Shown here piece by piece: positions 63,140 to 64,000 of a stretch of DNA of 64,000 nucleotides (position 1 is the stretch's first letter; each line of letters opens with the position of its first letter). A program made the position numbers and the translations under genes. Under the pieces are notes generated by a model. That model saw only the letters and a list, made by a program, of their open reading frames with translations. It did no database searches and was not told the origin of the DNA. Source of the stretch: Octopus vulgaris (taxonomy: Eukaryota); NCBI GenBank assembly GCA_951406725.2, contig OX597816.1, positions 132,804,001-132,868,000 of the forward strand. The letters are read 5' to 3'.

Positions 63140-64000
63140 ATGCGTGTGTGTGTGCATGCATGCATGTGTGTATCTCTGAGTGTGCATGTTTAGATATTTA
63201 TATATAGATATATATGTAGCCATCTATGTAACATACTTAATGTAAACACATCATTTAAAGGTCAAGTTGCTGCAGTATATAATTTAGAATTTCATAAAAT
63301 ATTGGTTTCTAATTTCGGCACAAGGCCAACTATTCTGGGGAAAGACTAAAGTCGATTACATCAACTCCCAAAATCAACTTGTACTCATTTTATTGATCCC
63401 CAAAAGATGAAAAGGTAAGTTAACCGAGGCAGAATTTGAACTTAGAATATGAAGATGGATAAAATGCTACTAAGCATTTTTCCCATCATGCTAATGATTC
63501 TGCCAGCTTGCTGCCTTAGAATTTCATAAAATATTACCTATAAATACATACTTTGCAACAGACATTGATAACTGAGTATTCTCTTTCATATTTTAACACC
63601 TAACAAATCAAGCATGACTATGTACATATAAGTAGCAGATGTTTTTTCAACAAATGTAACTTGTTGGTGTAATTATTTCTCTGAAAAATTTGAGGACGTT
63701 GGGTATTTCTTATCCCCATATTCTTTAAGTCTCTTCATATAGCTTATCGTGGGATATTCACTAGCCTCTCTGTGGAACTGTTATAGGTCTTGGTTCAGTT
63801 TGAAAGTCCACTGGAACTTTTCTTGATAGTCCCATGGTCTGTGATAGCTGACTCTGGGTTCTTTCACCTCCATGGTTTACATTTAGTAATTTCCACATGG
63901 TATGTATTTCCCTGTTTGATTACTGCTACAATCTTTGTATGCAAATATGTATGTATGCAGGCACATAAATATATATACATGTACGTATATATGTGTACAT

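Overview
AT-rich, microsatellite-dense animal genomic DNA; the SINE/RTE repertoire suggests an octopus (inference). Two spliced genes converge. On +, the last five coding exons of an ELAPOR/KIAA1324 (UPF0577) membrane protein (2251-9209). On -, the last six coding exons of a high-affinity choline transporter, SLC5A7/CHT1 (62819 to 51525; 5' end outside the window). Between and inside them are decayed Tc1/mariner transposons, a young 5'-truncated RTE LINE, tRNA-head SINEs, a complete non-autonomous Helitron, piggyBac-type MITEs and an R4/Dong-like fragment. The most notable unannotated signal is seven hammerhead-ribozyme motifs at six loci, of the minimal type I form typical of Penelope-like elements. 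Two of them are mirror copies inside a near-perfect 629-bp spacerless palindrome 1.6 kb downstream of the SLC5A7 stop. Also notable are a periodic TTATTGCTTTT motif array, an HSE-TATA-Inr promoter pointing antisense toward ELAPOR, and a candidate 28-nt frame-switching micro-exon. All calls and coordinates were read by eye with no database searches. Most ORFs in the track are microsatellite artefacts.
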